Shown: in pieces, positions 9,433 through 20,795 of the stretch
How positions within the stretch are numbered: the first letter of the stretch is position 1
Layout of the letters: every line of letters begins with the position of its first letter
Source: Prasinococcaceae sp. CCMP 1430
Taxonomy: Eukaryota; Plantae; Prasinodermophyta
Reading direction: 5' to 3'
NCBI GenBank assembly: GCA_013416795.1
Contig: RQSC01001252.1
Coordinates: forward strand, 30,990-94,989
Length of the DNA stretch: 64,000 nt
Position numbers and translations under genes: made by a program
Notes under the pieces: generated by a model
The model's database searches: none
What the model saw: the letters and a program-made list of their open reading frames with translations, nothing else
Told to the model about the DNA's origin: nothing

Positions 9433-10400
9433 GGCCTTGTACTCGGCGCGGCGGGCCTCGTGGGGCTGCAGCACGTCGCCATCTTCCACCTCCTCGCTGA
9501 CGGCGCCGTCGATCGCGTCGCTGGCAGCAGCGCCCGCAGGCGTGCCCGCGGCTGAGCCCTGAGGGAGCGTGGAGGCGTCCGATCCGCCGCCGCCCTCCGC
9601 GCCCTTGGCGCCCTCGCTGCTCGCCTGCGCTTTGCGCTGCTGCTGCCCGTGCCCCTGCCTGCCGCGCTGCTGCCGGGACACCTGGTCGCGGCGCTGCTCT
9701 TCGGGCGCGTCCTCTTCGGTGCGGTCGTCGCCGCCGCCGTCGGGCGCACCGACGTCGGCCCCGCCGCCGAGTACAACTGCGCGCGTGCCGAATTGGGCGG
9801 GCGCCCCGTGCTGGTCAGCACCCGTGCGAGAGGGAAAGAGAGGCAGGGAGGGAGGGAGGCAGGCAGGGAGGGAGGGAGGGAGGGAGCCGCGGAGCACCAC
9901 GCACCTCATCCATCCTTTTGGTCGCCGCCTTGGCGATGCGCTCATCCTCCTGGGCGCGCTCCAGGGTGGCCATGGCGTCGCCCCCGGTCGTCCGCTCCCC
10001 TTCTCGCCTCCCTTGGCGCAGCTGGGCGCGCTCGCGCTCGGCGCGCTCGGCGGCCCTCTCGTCCGTCCCCGCCCAGTAGTCGCCCTCCTCGGCGCGCACC
10101 GGCGCGTTGCGCCGCGTGTGCCGGAAGCGCCCGCCGGAGACGAAGACGAAGCCCGCGCTCTGCGGGTCGGTGCGCACCACGAAGGTGGCCCCGCAGCAGG
10201 TCGCTTTCATGGTGAACTGCCAAATGGGCGAGGAGAGGTACGCGCCCGCCCGCTCCTTGCGCGCGTTGAAGCGCACGCCGCGCCCGCACGCCGCGCCGCA
10301 GGCGGCGCACGCGGCGTCCTCGGGCATCTCGAAGCGCACGGTGCCCCCGCCCTTGGCCTTGCCGCCGGCGCCGTCGCCCGCCCGCCGCTGGCGCCGCCGC
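9429..10400 (-). CDS. CCDC130: CWC16/CCDC130/Yju2-family (DUF572) splicing factor; N-terminus lost at N10401; intron from 9904
   Basis: TVRFEMP..AAC..C....GRGVRFNARKE.AG.YLSSPIWQFTMK..CC...F.VRTDP....F.FVSG. Donor GAG|gtgcgt at 9904, followed by a gctgac branch. Confidence 0.85.
9841..9884. repeat. (GGGA/GGCA)n microsatellite inside the CCDC130 intron
   Basis: aggcagggagggagggaggcaggcagggagggagggaggg seen directly. Confidence 0.9.
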
Positions 10401-10401
10401 N

Positions 10402-10459
10402 CACACACACGCGCACGCACACACACGCACACACACACACGCACACGCACACACGCACG

Positions 10460-10518
<59 letters not shown>

Positions 10519-10575
10519 GCACGCACGCACGCACGCACACACACGCGCGCACACACACACACGCGCGCGCGAGCG
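10402..10575. repeat. Compound (CA)n/(CACG)n microsatellite next to a scaffold gap
   Basis: Long alternating CA and CACG tract seen directly after N10401. Confidence 0.95.
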
Positions 10576-10945
10576 CGCACATGCTCGCGCGCGCGAGAAT
10601 TTTTTTTGCCAAGAAGGCGAACGGACTCGCTCGCTCGGCGAACGAGGGCGCGCGCGGGCGCGCACGCGCGCGCGCCCCCAATGTTTTCCCAGTCCCGCGC
10701 GGCGAGCGCGCGCGCGGCACGCGCGCGCGCGCGCGCCTCGGATCCTGCGGATCGATCCGCACCCGTCGAGCAAAGCGCGATCTGCCCCGCCTTCGTCGTA
10801 GGGTTTGCAACCAGCGGTGCGATGCATGCGACGAACGTACATGTACATGTACATGTACTGCACGTCCTGTACGACGGCGTGAAGGGCGCACTGCAGGCGC
10901 ACCTCGGTCGGACCTCCCCCGAAGACGAACCCTAAATATTTCTAC

Positions 10946-10959
10946 GTACTGTACAGTAC
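10946..10959. promoter_or_regulatory. Intergenic 14-bp palindrome GTACTGTACAGTAC
   Basis: Identical copy at 54945-54958; 12-bp core at 44462-44473. Confidence 0.5.
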
Positions 10960-11473
10960 ATAACCCAAACCTCACAATGAGTTTTTTTTTCCCCAGTGAT
11001 TTTTGTGGGTGGGTGGGTGCTGCGGGGGGTGCCGGCACAACGCGCCCAGCCGCCCCTCCCTCCCCCCCCCCCTCGGCCGTCCCTGGCCTTCGTCGGGGAG
11101 CTGCGCTGGAGATCGCTGCAGCTCGAGGAGGGGGAGGGGGAGGAGGAGCGCGGCCGGGCAGGCGCGGGCGCGGGCGCGCCCGTCGCGCCCGTCGACCCAC
11201 ACGTCGAGCACGCCGTCCATGCGGATGGAGGCTGCCCGCAGTGCCGCCGGACTGCCGGGAGCGCGGGCTGCGTGGCGCAGTGCACGCACGCGCAGACAGC
11301 ACGCACCGCGCGGCACCTCTGCCGCCGCGCAGAGCGGAGGTCAGATTTATCCCGGCGTCGATCCGAGCAGACGCGGCCAGGCAGCGCGCGCCCCACAGCC
11401 CACGCCCGCAAGCGCGCACCATGGCGCCCGTGGCCTCTGTGTTTGCGCGGGCTGCGCCGCCGCGGGCGGCGGG

Positions 11474-14400
11474 ATGCGGCGGTTCCGCCAGGCGGCCGAC
11501 ACAGCGGCGTCGAAGGTCAAGAGCGGTGCCACGCGGATCGCAGAGGCGGGCGCGGGCGCCGTCGGCGCGGGCGGCAGCGCGGGGAGGCCGAGACCGACAG
11601 GGCACACGCCGGTGAGGGCGTCGCAGCAGGTAATTGCGACAGAGGGAGGGAGCGCGCGCGCGCGCCTCGGGAGCGCATTCCCCTCTCGGCGCTGACGCTC
11701 ATCCGCTCGCTCCGTCTACTGCCACTTGCCGCGCACGTCCGCGCGCGCCATTTCCCGCCAACGCCTGCGCCCACAAACTCCTGTCGCCACCCTCTTCAAT
11801 TTTCCCTGTCACGCACCTACCCACCATCGCTCTCTCTCTCTCTCTCTCTCTTGCGCGCGCACACACACCGCCTCCCAGCCCGTCGAGCGGCCTCGCCCAT
11901 CGTCGCTGCCCGCGCGCACGAAACGCGACCCCGAAAAGGTCCTCGAGAGCCTCGACGAGCGCTACTACGACCCGGATTTCGCAGCGCTTGAGGAGGAGCT
12001 CACGAGCCTGCCGGCAGATGTGAGCACGCGCGAGCTCGATGCCAAGTGTGTTGGCCTCATGAAGCACCGCGAGGCGCTCGAGGAGATCCTGTGCGCCCGC
12101 GTGCTTGCCAACTACGAGCAATTCATCGACGGCATGTCGCAAGTGACCAATCTACAGCACGACCTTACGATGGCAAACGTCGTCGTCCGAAATGCCAGGA
12201 GGTTCACGCGCCGCGCGGCAGCAGGCACGGAGGGCGCGCTAGGCGTCGTGGAAAACTCCCGACGCAAGCGCAGGCTACTTGAGACGCTCGCGCTCGCTAC
12301 TGAGGTGCGCGACGCGCTGAGGCAAAGGGAGCTGCTCAGGGAAGCCCTCGACCGAGGGAAGTATGCAGCGGCCATGGCGGGCGCCATCGAGTGCAGAGAG
12401 ACGCTCGGAGAGCTGGCGGAGAGGGGTGTTGGGGGCCCGTGCACCACCGAGGGCGCCAACGCAGACGGTGGCAGCGACGTGAATGGGGCGGGGACGGCGG
12501 ATGAGGACGACAATGGCGGGGGCGCTAGTAGCAGCGGCAGCAGCGGCATAGAGGCGCTGCGTGAGGCGCGAGAGAAACTCGACGAGGTCGCCGGCGAGGC
12601 CGTCACACAGGCTGACGCACAGCTACAGTCGCAGTGCACAGTGGCGTTCGACGAAGGCGCGTACCGGGACGTGCTATACGTATACATGCTGCTCGAAGAC
12701 GAACTCGGGTTGGTCGACAAGGTGCAGACTTTCGCGCAGCAGGATGTGCTCGCCAAGTCACAGAACGTGCTCGCCAAGTTCGCGACGCGAAACGACAGTA
12801 CCGGTACCGCTGCCGCCGCGGCCGTCCGTGGGGGGGGGCAGGTGGCGTTCATTGAGTTGTGCCGCGGGGTTCCTGAGGACGATTTCCAGCAGTGCCTCAG
12901 TGAGACCATGACGAGCCTGTTTGAGGTGCTCTGCGTCTATCATCGAATGTTGGCTTGGCACCTTCAGAAGGTGGCCGCGCAGGTGGAGGTGCCAACCAAC
13001 GCCACCGATGATAGCAGCAGCGCCGATGGAGCCGACGAGGAGCAGGCCAGCGCTGCCGAAGCCGCCGCTGTGCACGAGCGCGAGGCGTGCGCAGTGATTG
13101 CGGCGGCGCTCAAGCGCGGCCGGCGTACCGTGTGGGATCTTGCCGCGCGGCGAGTTGCTGCGCTGCTCTCTGCCGACACGCTCGCCGCCTCGGGAAGTGA
13201 GGCGTACATGCAGGTCATCGAGTGGACGAGTTCGTTCATTCAGGCGGGCGAGGCATTCTGTGGCAGCGAGGCGGGCACGCTACGCTCGCGTTTGCAGCAG
13301 CAGACGGTGAAGTACTTCGGAGCGCAGCACCGACGCTCGATGGGCGTGCTCAAGGACATCGTGACGAAGGAGGCATGGACTCCGTTGCCGCTCGAGGCGC
13401 TTGAGGCATACAGGCGTAGCGCGCGAGCCTATTTGTCGGCAAACGCCGCCCAAACCAAAGTAGCGGATCTATCGAAGCAGAACGACTTTGAGGCCTTCGT
13501 CGCAGCAGGGCCCGTGCAGCTCTTCACCAGAGCGGACAATGAAGGCGAGGAGGACGGTGCCCCGGGCCCCGTTCCAGCCTCGCCTGGGGATGCGACTGAT
13601 GTCGGCGGGCTTGGCAGGCGTAGCAGCTCGGTCGTGGGGGGCAAACCAGCAGGCGCAGCCGCAAAGAGCTCGGACGAGGCGCTGCGGCGTGCCATCGTGG
13701 AGGAGGGCGACGAGGTGGACACGGGTGGCAAGGGGAGCGCTCGTCCGAGTAATGGCAAGGACGGCGATGCCCTCAGCGCGCGGAAGGCCCCAACTCTGAC
13801 TGCTGCAGGCCTGCGCATCGTGGACTCGTGGGAGCGATACATAGCGCTGATGGCCCTGCTGCCCGCCATCGCTGGGCAGATTTTCCGCGGCGCGGCTGAG
13901 ATGTACGAGCTGTACATGCTCTCTATATTCCAGCTCTTTGGCAAGCGCGAGGCGCTCGCCCGAGAGGGCCTCGGTGCGGACACATCAGATGCGCAAGCGC
14001 TGCTCACACCGCGCTTGCGCACGGCGCTGTTGCGCATCGCGCGAGAGCGTGGCATTGACGTCACGCTGTGGGCGGCGCCGCGCAAGTCGACGCTATCTTC
14101 AAACGGCGCGCCGATGGCAGCGGTTGGCGTTGTAGCCACAGATAGGGCGAGCGCCTCGCAGGCTCAGCAGCAGATGAAGTCAAGCGCCAGTAGCATGATG
14201 GGCCGCCTCGGCGCTCGCTTGGACAAGCTCACCAAAACTCCGCCGAAACTGACGCGTAGCAAGAGCGGTGGTGGCGGTGGAATGCCGGGAGAGACTCAGC
14301 CATCCGCCGTTGCGATGGCTCCCATAAGCGGCAATGTGCCGCGAACAGCGACGGCGCCAGCCATGCAGCAATGCGCGCCCGACGGGGACACTGGCAGCGC

Positions 14401-15435
14401 TGGTTCGCAGGACGCGACTTCATCCAGGCGAGGTTTGGCCTTTGCGGAGGGGTCCGGCGGTGGGAACGCGCCTTCGACCCCGCCCGGCGCGGGCCCGCCG
14501 ACGCCGGGTGCCGAGTCTCCCTCGTCGCTGGCTCGCGTGGACGCCATCCTGTCAAGTGGCAACTTGTACGGGCTCAAGGAGCGATACATCGCCACCGAGA
14601 GTCTGTATTGGGTGGCAGAGGAGATCAAGGGCATGCGAGCGCGCCTGATCTCGCTGCTGTCACCCGCCGATGCGCGCTCGGCCGAGCACTTTTTCAGCCG
14701 GACAGTCGACGCTGCGGGCGATCTGCGCGAGCACGTGTGTACGTCATATCAGCCCTCCTGGACCGCCCACAGCGCGCCCATTTCAGCTCGATGTTTTGCA
14801 CGCGCTCTGGCCTGGCGTACCCCAGCTACACACACACATACATGCGCTGCGCTGACGGGACTGGCCGCGCCACCCATCTCGGCCCTAACTGCGCAGATAA
14901 ATCGGTGAGCCGCCTGCTGCTGAACTCGGCGTCGTTCGCGCACGCCGTCTCCGCTGCGCGCTTTGATGCCAAGGAGGTTGGAGACAGTCACTCGACGTAC
15001 GTGGACGTCATCCTTAACTCGTTCAGGCAGTTCGCGACCAAGGTATCGGTGGCGGGTGTCACGCCCGAAGTTGCTGACGTGCTCTTCAACGACGCAGTGG
15101 CGGCCACGGCCGAGGCGCTCGTTGAGGGGTACGCGCAGGCGCGCAAGTGTACCAACGAGGGGCGCGCACTCATGTCGCTCGACGTGCAGACGCTCATCGC
15201 CGGCCTGCGAGATCTGCGCAAGGGCGCGCCACCGCCCAACCTCGACATGGTCAGCGAGTACATCCGCGCATTCTACCTGCCCATGGAGGACGTGCTCGGC
15301 TGGGCCGCGCGCCACCCTGAGTACAAGGTCAGCCAGGTGGTGGCGCTCGTGAAGAGCGCAGCGGACGCGCAGGGCTGGAAGCGCAGCGACAGGAAAGCGC
15401 TCATCGAGAGAATCGAGGCGGGCGAGCTCATCTGA
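11474..15435 (+). CDS. VPS50: Syndetin/VPS50 (EARP complex subunit); exons 11474-11629, 11879-14738, 14897-15435
   Basis: N-terminal Vps54_N-like segment VLESLDERYY...VLANYEQFIDGM; C-terminal RKCTNEGRALMSLD and YIRAFYLP. Splice sites are phase-compatible (cag|gtaatt, gtacgt...ctaac...cag). Confidence 0.9.
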
Positions 15436-15693
15436 GGCCGTAGGCCGTACCTTTTAAAATTTATAAGCAGGTTCCCGTGCCACAGCGCGTTGCGGCCGCG
15501 CGAGCGGCGCTGTGGCCTCTGCCGCCTCTGCCGCGCACAACCGCGGTGCTTGCGCCGACGCGCCCGCATCCGACACCGCGTGCACAGCCTGCTCTGTCGT
15601 CACCTCTGCCTCGCCGGTGTGCGAGCGCGTTTGTGCGCTTTGCGCTTGCGCTCGCCGGGAGAACGCCGGGGCTGCTGGCGTCAGGCTGCGCCG

Positions 15694-16698
15694 ATGTCAG
15701 AAGATGACAACTGGCTGGACCTCGAAGAGGACGCCGAGCCCGCCGCTGCACCCGCCCGAGCTCCCATGGCTGCCCCCAGCCTTCCCGGCCTGGCTCCGAC
15801 GACGGGAGCGTCTCTTGCTGCCGACGCTGCAGTCGCCGCACCCGCCGGCGCGCCCTCCAACGCTGCCGCTCACGCCGCGGCCACCACCGCCGCACCCGCT
15901 TCTGCCACGGCGCCCGCACTGGTGGTACCACGCGGCGAGGCGCTCTCTGACTCAGACGATGGGCTCGACCTGAGCGATGACGACAGCGACGGCGGAGCCG
16001 CCAATCGAGGTGGCGCCGCTGGCATGCATGCGCCCCCAGCCGATTCCGCAGGGCTGGTGCAGCCCTTCGCGAGCGTCGCCGCACAGCCTGCCGCGGCTCT
16101 CACCTCGGAGACAGGGGCGATCGCACTGCGCCGGCCGATGCTACCAGGGCCCGCGTCGCGTGCGCAACGTGCGTCTGCGCCACCGCGCGTTGCGAGCAGG
16201 ACAGCAGCCGGCGTTGCAGTCAACAGCTGGGATGCGCTGTGGACTGGCCACGGCGCTCCCTGCACGAACGCAAACGGTGCCTCACACTGCGGTGCGGATA
16301 CAGAGGAAGATGATGGTGGCGTGTCGGGCGATCGTGCATGGCAGCGTTTGCTTGAGCGTCAGCTGGCTGGCGCATGGCGTGGTGCCGAGGGCATGTGCAC
16401 GGCCGCGCAGGTGCTCGCTGATACATCCATGCGGCGCGTGCCACGCCTGGCTGGCGTGCTGCGTGAGAGAGAGATTGGCGCCGCAGAGAGCGGCCAGATT
16501 CGCTGCCTGGTTGCCGATCCGAGCGGTGCGCTGCCCGCAACTTTGCATGCAGGCGCGGTCGAGGCGCACCCCTCACTCGCCGACGCGGAGGGCGTCGCAG
16601 TGCTTCTCAGGGATGTGGCGGTTCTGCGGGTGGGCAAGGCAGCGGCAGTGTCCGTCCTGGCGCACAGAGTGGAGGCGGTCGTCACAGCCGGCGCTTGA
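15694..16698 (+). CDS. HROB/C17orf53-like (DUF4539) OB-fold protein with a disordered N-terminus
   Basis: RVPRLAGVLR...LVADPSGALPATLH...G.AVLLRDVAV resembles KVPQLAVMIK...FKDPTGEMQGTVH...GSVLLLKQIGV. TGTAA at 16748. Confidence 0.65.
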   Translation: MSEDDNWLDLEEDAEPAAAPARAPMAAPSLPGLAPTTGASLAADAAVAAPAGAPSNAAAHAAATTAAPASATAPALVVPRGEALSDSDDGLDLSDDDSDGGAANRGGAAGMHAPPADSAGLVQPFASVAAQPAAALTSETGAIALRRPMLPGPASRAQRASAPPRVASRTAAGVAVNSWDALWTGHGAPCTNANGASHCGADTEEDDGGVSGDRAWQRLLERQLAGAWRGAEGMCTAAQVLADTSMRRVPRLAGVLREREIGAAESGQIRCLVADPSGALPATLHAGAVEAHPSLADAEGVAVLLRDVAVLRVGKAAAVSVLAHRVEAVVTAGA

Positions 16699-16893
16699 TC
16701 GTGCCCCGGCGGCGCCATCGAGTGTAGCAATTGGCCGGTACAGTATGTGTAAATTATTGAGATTGAGCACAAGGCGGCGCGCTCGCGCGCAAGATGCGCG
16801 CGCTGCAGATGATAGGCTCAGTCCTCCAGTTCTTCGAGGTCTGCGGCGCCGCGGTTCCCGGTCGGGAGAGACCGATCAAGCGGTGCGCATACG

Positions 16894-18037
16894 TCAGTCC
16901 TCGTCTATACAAGTGTCAGCGAGCGCGCACACGCAGGTTGGCGCACGCGGTATGCCGGCAGGGCGGGGGAGGCCGGATGGCGGCGGTCGCGGCACGCATG
17001 CGCGACGGCACTGCGCACCTTCGTCGTCGCTGTCGGTGTGAATGTCCTTGTCTCGCGGGTCGTCGAACCTCTTGAGGTCATCGAGGTCGCCAAGGTCGAA
17101 CGTGTCGACGTTTTCATCCTCCTAAAAACGCAAGCAACGCGTGCGAGCGGGTCAGCGGCGGTAGCAGGCGGCGGGCATGAGCGCTGACCTCGCAGCAGGC
17201 TCTGCGCCGTAGCGACGCGCACAAGAGCGCCAGACAACCAGTGACACGCGCTGCTGGCGCGCAAGCACGCGTCACTCGCCAGCAGAGAGAGACGACGACG
17301 TGTTCGCAAGCGCGCGACAGACCTCCTCCTCATCCTCGTCCTTCCACCTATCCCAGTCGATCTTGAGCCACTGCGGTGCCTTGCCCGGCGCCTTGAGTAG
17401 CCGTGGCCAGTGGTCGCCCACCTCCTTGCGTGCAACCACCACTGAGATGCTGCGTGCGCTTATCGCCACCTGCGGCAGCGAAGGTGCATCGACAGGGACG
17501 CGGGGCACGGGTGCGCGCATGCGCCGAGCAAGCGCACAGCAAGCGTCGAAGGGCAAGCATCCCATGGGTGCAGGCACGCAACGCACCGTGCACGCGTCAG
17601 CATGTGCAGCTCGCAATAGCGCTCGCGAAGCGCGCGGAGGAGCGCTCTCTCCACGCGTGTGCGCGTCAGTGTGTTGCGTGCGTGTCGGGTGTACGCGCGA
17701 GAGAGAATGTGCACTGCCGCTTGGCGAGCCCCACCAGGCGCGGTGGCCTCACGTGCAGACGCCTGCGCCGGCACGCGACCGCATTTCCAAGGCCACCGTG
17801 CTGGCGCCATACCTTGGAGGCGTCGGCGTCGATCTCGCCGAAGAGCTCCACGTTGAGCTCGTACTGTCTGCGGTCGTCCACGGGCCCACCCTCGCCTGCG
17901 AAAAACAGCCTGCCGTGAGAGGACGCAGGGTCGAGGCGCACAGTTGGTTTCTCGAGCTGCTGAACAGAGAGGGTGAGCAGCACGCGGTCCTTGCGCTGCG
18001 CCCATGTCACCTGCGGCGTGCGCGTCTCACTCGCCAT
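16894..18037 (-). CDS. p23: p23 Hsp90 co-chaperone (CS domain); exons 18037-17813, 17469-17323, 17121-17019, 16904-16894
   Basis: TPQVTWAQRKDRVLLT, ELFGEID, HWPRLLK, WLKIDWDRWKDEDE and an acidic tail. Canonical GT-AG introns, the last with a gctgac branch. Confidence 0.92.
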
Positions 18038-18578
18038 GCGGGCGCGACCCGTGGCGTTGGGGGCGGCGTTCCTTCTCTCAAGCATGAGAGTGGCGCCGCA
18101 TCGGTGCGCGGGCTTTCGGTGCCACTCGGACTGCCCCGCTGCTGCGGAGCGCGCTGCATGCGCCCGCGCCCGCCGCGGCGCGCGAGACGCGCACTCAGCC
18201 TGCAGCTGCGCCCGCGCCTGTGGTGCCTACAGCGCACTCAGGGCACCGCGCAGCGGACTGGCACGCGCGGGCCCGCGCCGCCCCTGCGGGGGGCGACACA
18301 GGCCCACCACCCGTGGACGCAGCTGTCGTAGAGGAGTCAGATGCGACTGTTTGTGATTAGCGTGGCTAGCTAAACTAGAGTTGAATGTGGTGTACAATTT
18401 GCGCGCACCCAAGCATGCGCGGGGGCGAGGCAGGCGGTGGCGTGTCGAGCTCGCGGGCCGGGCGGCACTAGCTGTGCTCGCAGGCGGCGCTGGTCTCCAC
18501 GCGAGGAGCCTCTGAAAGCGCGGCATGTCGCACGAGGAGCCGCTTTGGTCCCGCATGGCCCCATCCCCGTCCCGGGCC

Positions 18579-19511
18579 TCACTTCGGCAGCACCGACGAC
18601 CTCTTCCTGGGAGGCTGCTTGTACATGGAGGCGCCACCGATGCAAACGAGCAGGGCCATCGTGCCCGCAGCGGACGCGTGGTAGTCCCACAAAAGCACGT
18701 TGATGAGCACGGTCGCGACTTTGTTCGTGACCCCGATGACGGTGAAGGTGAGCGCCGACACGTGCTTGCGCAGGAGGAAACCCGCGAATGAAATGCCGCA
18801 GCCCACAGCGCAGCTGAGCCCCACGGGGAGCAAAACCCTCCGGTCGGTCAGCGCGACAGGGCCAGCCATGTAGTTGCTGAACTCGCCCTGGTACAGGGCC
18901 AGGAAGATGGCAGGCACGAGGCTCAGAGTGTTCTGGTAGTAGACGCGCCCCCACGTCGTCAGGTCTGGGCCCTTGCTCACCACGTGCTTGAGCACCAGCT
19001 GATCGGCGACCATGCACGCCCAGTAGCAGAATGCCCAGAAGCAGTTGGCAATATGCAGCTCGGACTCGACATTCGCAAACACCACAGCACCCCCCAGCGT
19101 GAGCGCAAGCGCCGCCCACGTGCGCGGCCCGGGCAGCTCGCGCTGCATGAAGACGAAGTCTCCCAGTGCGACGGCCAGCGGCAGACTGCTGCGAAAGACG
19201 ATGACGGTGTCGACGTTCAGATCACGCAGCGCGAGCATTGACGTGAAGAGCGTCGCGAAGAAGACCGCCACCGCCTTCAGGAAGCCCAGCACCTTCTTGG
19301 TCTGAAGGGCGTCCACTTTCAAGTATCCCATCATGCCGAGCCCCTTGGGCACAGCGATCGATACAATGAACTGGCAGCAGAGAAGCAGGTTCGGGTACGG
19401 GAAAGCCACGACGGCCGCCTTGTTCGCGACGAGCATCGTCGCCGAGCAGAAGCAATAGAAGGCCACCACGCTGAGGAGGTTGGCCCGCGAGGTTGGCACG
19501 TCGTGCACCAT
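18579..19511 (-). CDS. Nucleotide-sugar transporter (GDP-sugar, GONST/TPT-type DMT family)
   Basis: About 10 hydrophobic segments; MLVANKAAV, LNVDTVIVFRS..PL.VA, WGRVYYQN, CGISFAGF, SALTFTVIGVTNK. Confidence 0.9.
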   Translation of the reverse strand: MVHDVPTSRANLLSVVAFYCFCSATMLVANKAAVVAFPYPNLLLCCQFIVSIAVPKGLGMMGYLKVDALQTKKVLGFLKAVAVFFATLFTSMLALRDLNVDTVIVFRSSLPLAVALGDFVFMQRELPGPRTWAALALTLGGAVVFANVESELHIANCFWAFCYWACMVADQLVLKHVVSKGPDLTTWGRVYYQNTLSLVPAIFLALYQGEFSNYMAGPVALTDRRVLLPVGLSCAVGCGISFAGFLLRKHVSALTFTVIGVTNKVATVLINVLLWDYHASAAGTMALLVCIGGASMYKQPPRKRSSVLPK

Positions 19512-19580
19512 GTCCGTCGATATCGCCGGATCGGGTCCCGCCGCGCGCGCGCCCCTCGCCGCGGGCGCCGCGCGCCCCCN

Positions 19581-20696
19581 GGGTTCGAGCACGTAGCGGC
19601 CCACGAGGCCACGCAGGGCCAGGTCAGTGAACTCGAGGGACGCCGACAGCGGGGCGACGGTCCGAGCCGCGCGATCTACGGCGAGCCGCGCGCCGAGCGC
19701 GCGAGAGCGGGAGCGGGAGCGGGAGCGGGAGCGGCAGCGGGGGCCGCGCTGCCCCTGGCGGGCGCCGTCGCTGTCGTCACTGGGGCCAACACTGGCCTCG
19801 GCAAGGAGACGGCCGGGCGGCTCGCGGCGGCGGGCGCCAAGGTCGTGTTCGCGTGCCGCTCTGAGGGGCGCGCGAGAGAGGCGATCGCCGACGTGCGCGC
19901 ACGCAGGGGCGTGCCAGCGGACAGGGCGGTCTTCATGCCGCTCGATCTAACCTCGCTGAAGAGCGTGGTCTCGTTCGCGAAGAGCTACAAGGCGGAGCAC
20001 AATCGCTGCGACGCGCTCGTGTGCAACGCGGCCATCAACGGCTTCACCGCCAAGACGTACGACAGCACCATCACCGAGGACGGCTTCAACGTCGTGTGGC
20101 AGGTGAACTTCCTGGGCCACTGGCTGCTGGCGAGGCTGCTGCAGGAGCCGCTCGCCAAGGCCAACGGGCGCGTGGTGATGGTGACGAGCTGCATGCACGC
20201 CGCCGGCTCGGTCGACAGCACCAAGTTCCGCCGCACGCGCGGCTGTCGGATGCAGTACGAGACGACCAAGCTGGCGGCGGGCCTCGCGGCGCGCGAGCTC
20301 ACGCGGCGGGCGGCCGAGCGCGGTGAGCGCGTGGTGGCGCACGCGGCCACGCCCGGTGCGGTGATGACGGACATCTTCCGCGACCTGCCAAACAGGCAGC
20401 TGCTGGCGCCCATCATGCGATGCATGTTCCTGTCGCCCGAGCAAGGTGCCGACACGAGCGTCGCGGCGGCCTCGGACCCCCGCCTGGCGCCGGGCGCGTC
20501 GGACAGCAAGTACCTCGTGCCATACTGGCATGCCGGCATCACGCTCGAGCCGCTGCGCACGATGTTCGACACGTGGGGCTGGCACGTGGGCGCCATCGAG
20601 GGCGTCGCGCACGCCAGCATGCGCGGCGCGGCGGCCGACGCGGCCGCGCGCGAGCTGTGCGCGCTCGCCGACGCGGACATCGAGGCCTACCTCTGA
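19581..20696 (+). CDS. Short-chain dehydrogenase/reductase (RDH12/WWOX-like); start lies near or in gap N19580
   Basis: VVTGANTGLGKETA (TGxxxGxG), LVCNAA, VNFLGHWLL, YETTK (YxxxK), PGAVMTDI. TGTAA at 20791. Confidence 0.93.
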   Translation, partial: GFEHVAAHEATQGQVSELEGRRQRGDGPSRAIYGEPRAERARAGAGAGAGAAAGAALPLAGAVAVVTGANTGLGKETAGRLAAAGAKVVFACRSEGRAREAIADVRARRGVPADRAVFMPLDLTSLKSVVSFAKSYKAEHNRCDALVCNAAINGFTAKTYDSTITEDGFNVVWQVNFLGHWLLARLLQEPLAKANGRVVMVTSCMHAAGSVDSTKFRRTRGCRMQYETTKLAAGLAARELTRRAAERGERVVAHAATPGAVMTDIFRDLPNRQLLAPIMRCMFLSPEQGADTSVAAASDPRLAPGASDSKYLVPYWHAGITLEPLRTMFDTWGWHVGAIEGVAHASMRGAAADAAARELCALADADIEAYL

Positions 20697-20790
20697 GAGG
20701 ACGCGCCCCTCCTCCACAGCCTGCCGTCGCGGCGCGGCCGGGAGGCACATCAAACCGCATGCATCCGAGTTGATGCTTTCCCGTGGCTCA

Positions 20791-20795
20791 TGTAA
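20791..20795 (+). terminator. TGTAA chlorophyte-type polyadenylation signal (representative)
   Basis: TGTAA lies shortly downstream of stops on + (16748, 20791, 28741, 49063, 61079) and on - (24310-24314, 28953-28957, 39967-39971). TGTAA is the known Chlamydomonas-type poly(A) element. Confidence 0.65.

Noticed and set aside
10402-10575. Regularly repeated units that could be mistaken for a CRISPR or other array
   Set aside because: A simple CA/CACG microsatellite with no repeat-spacer structure and no cas genes; the context is eukaryotic.
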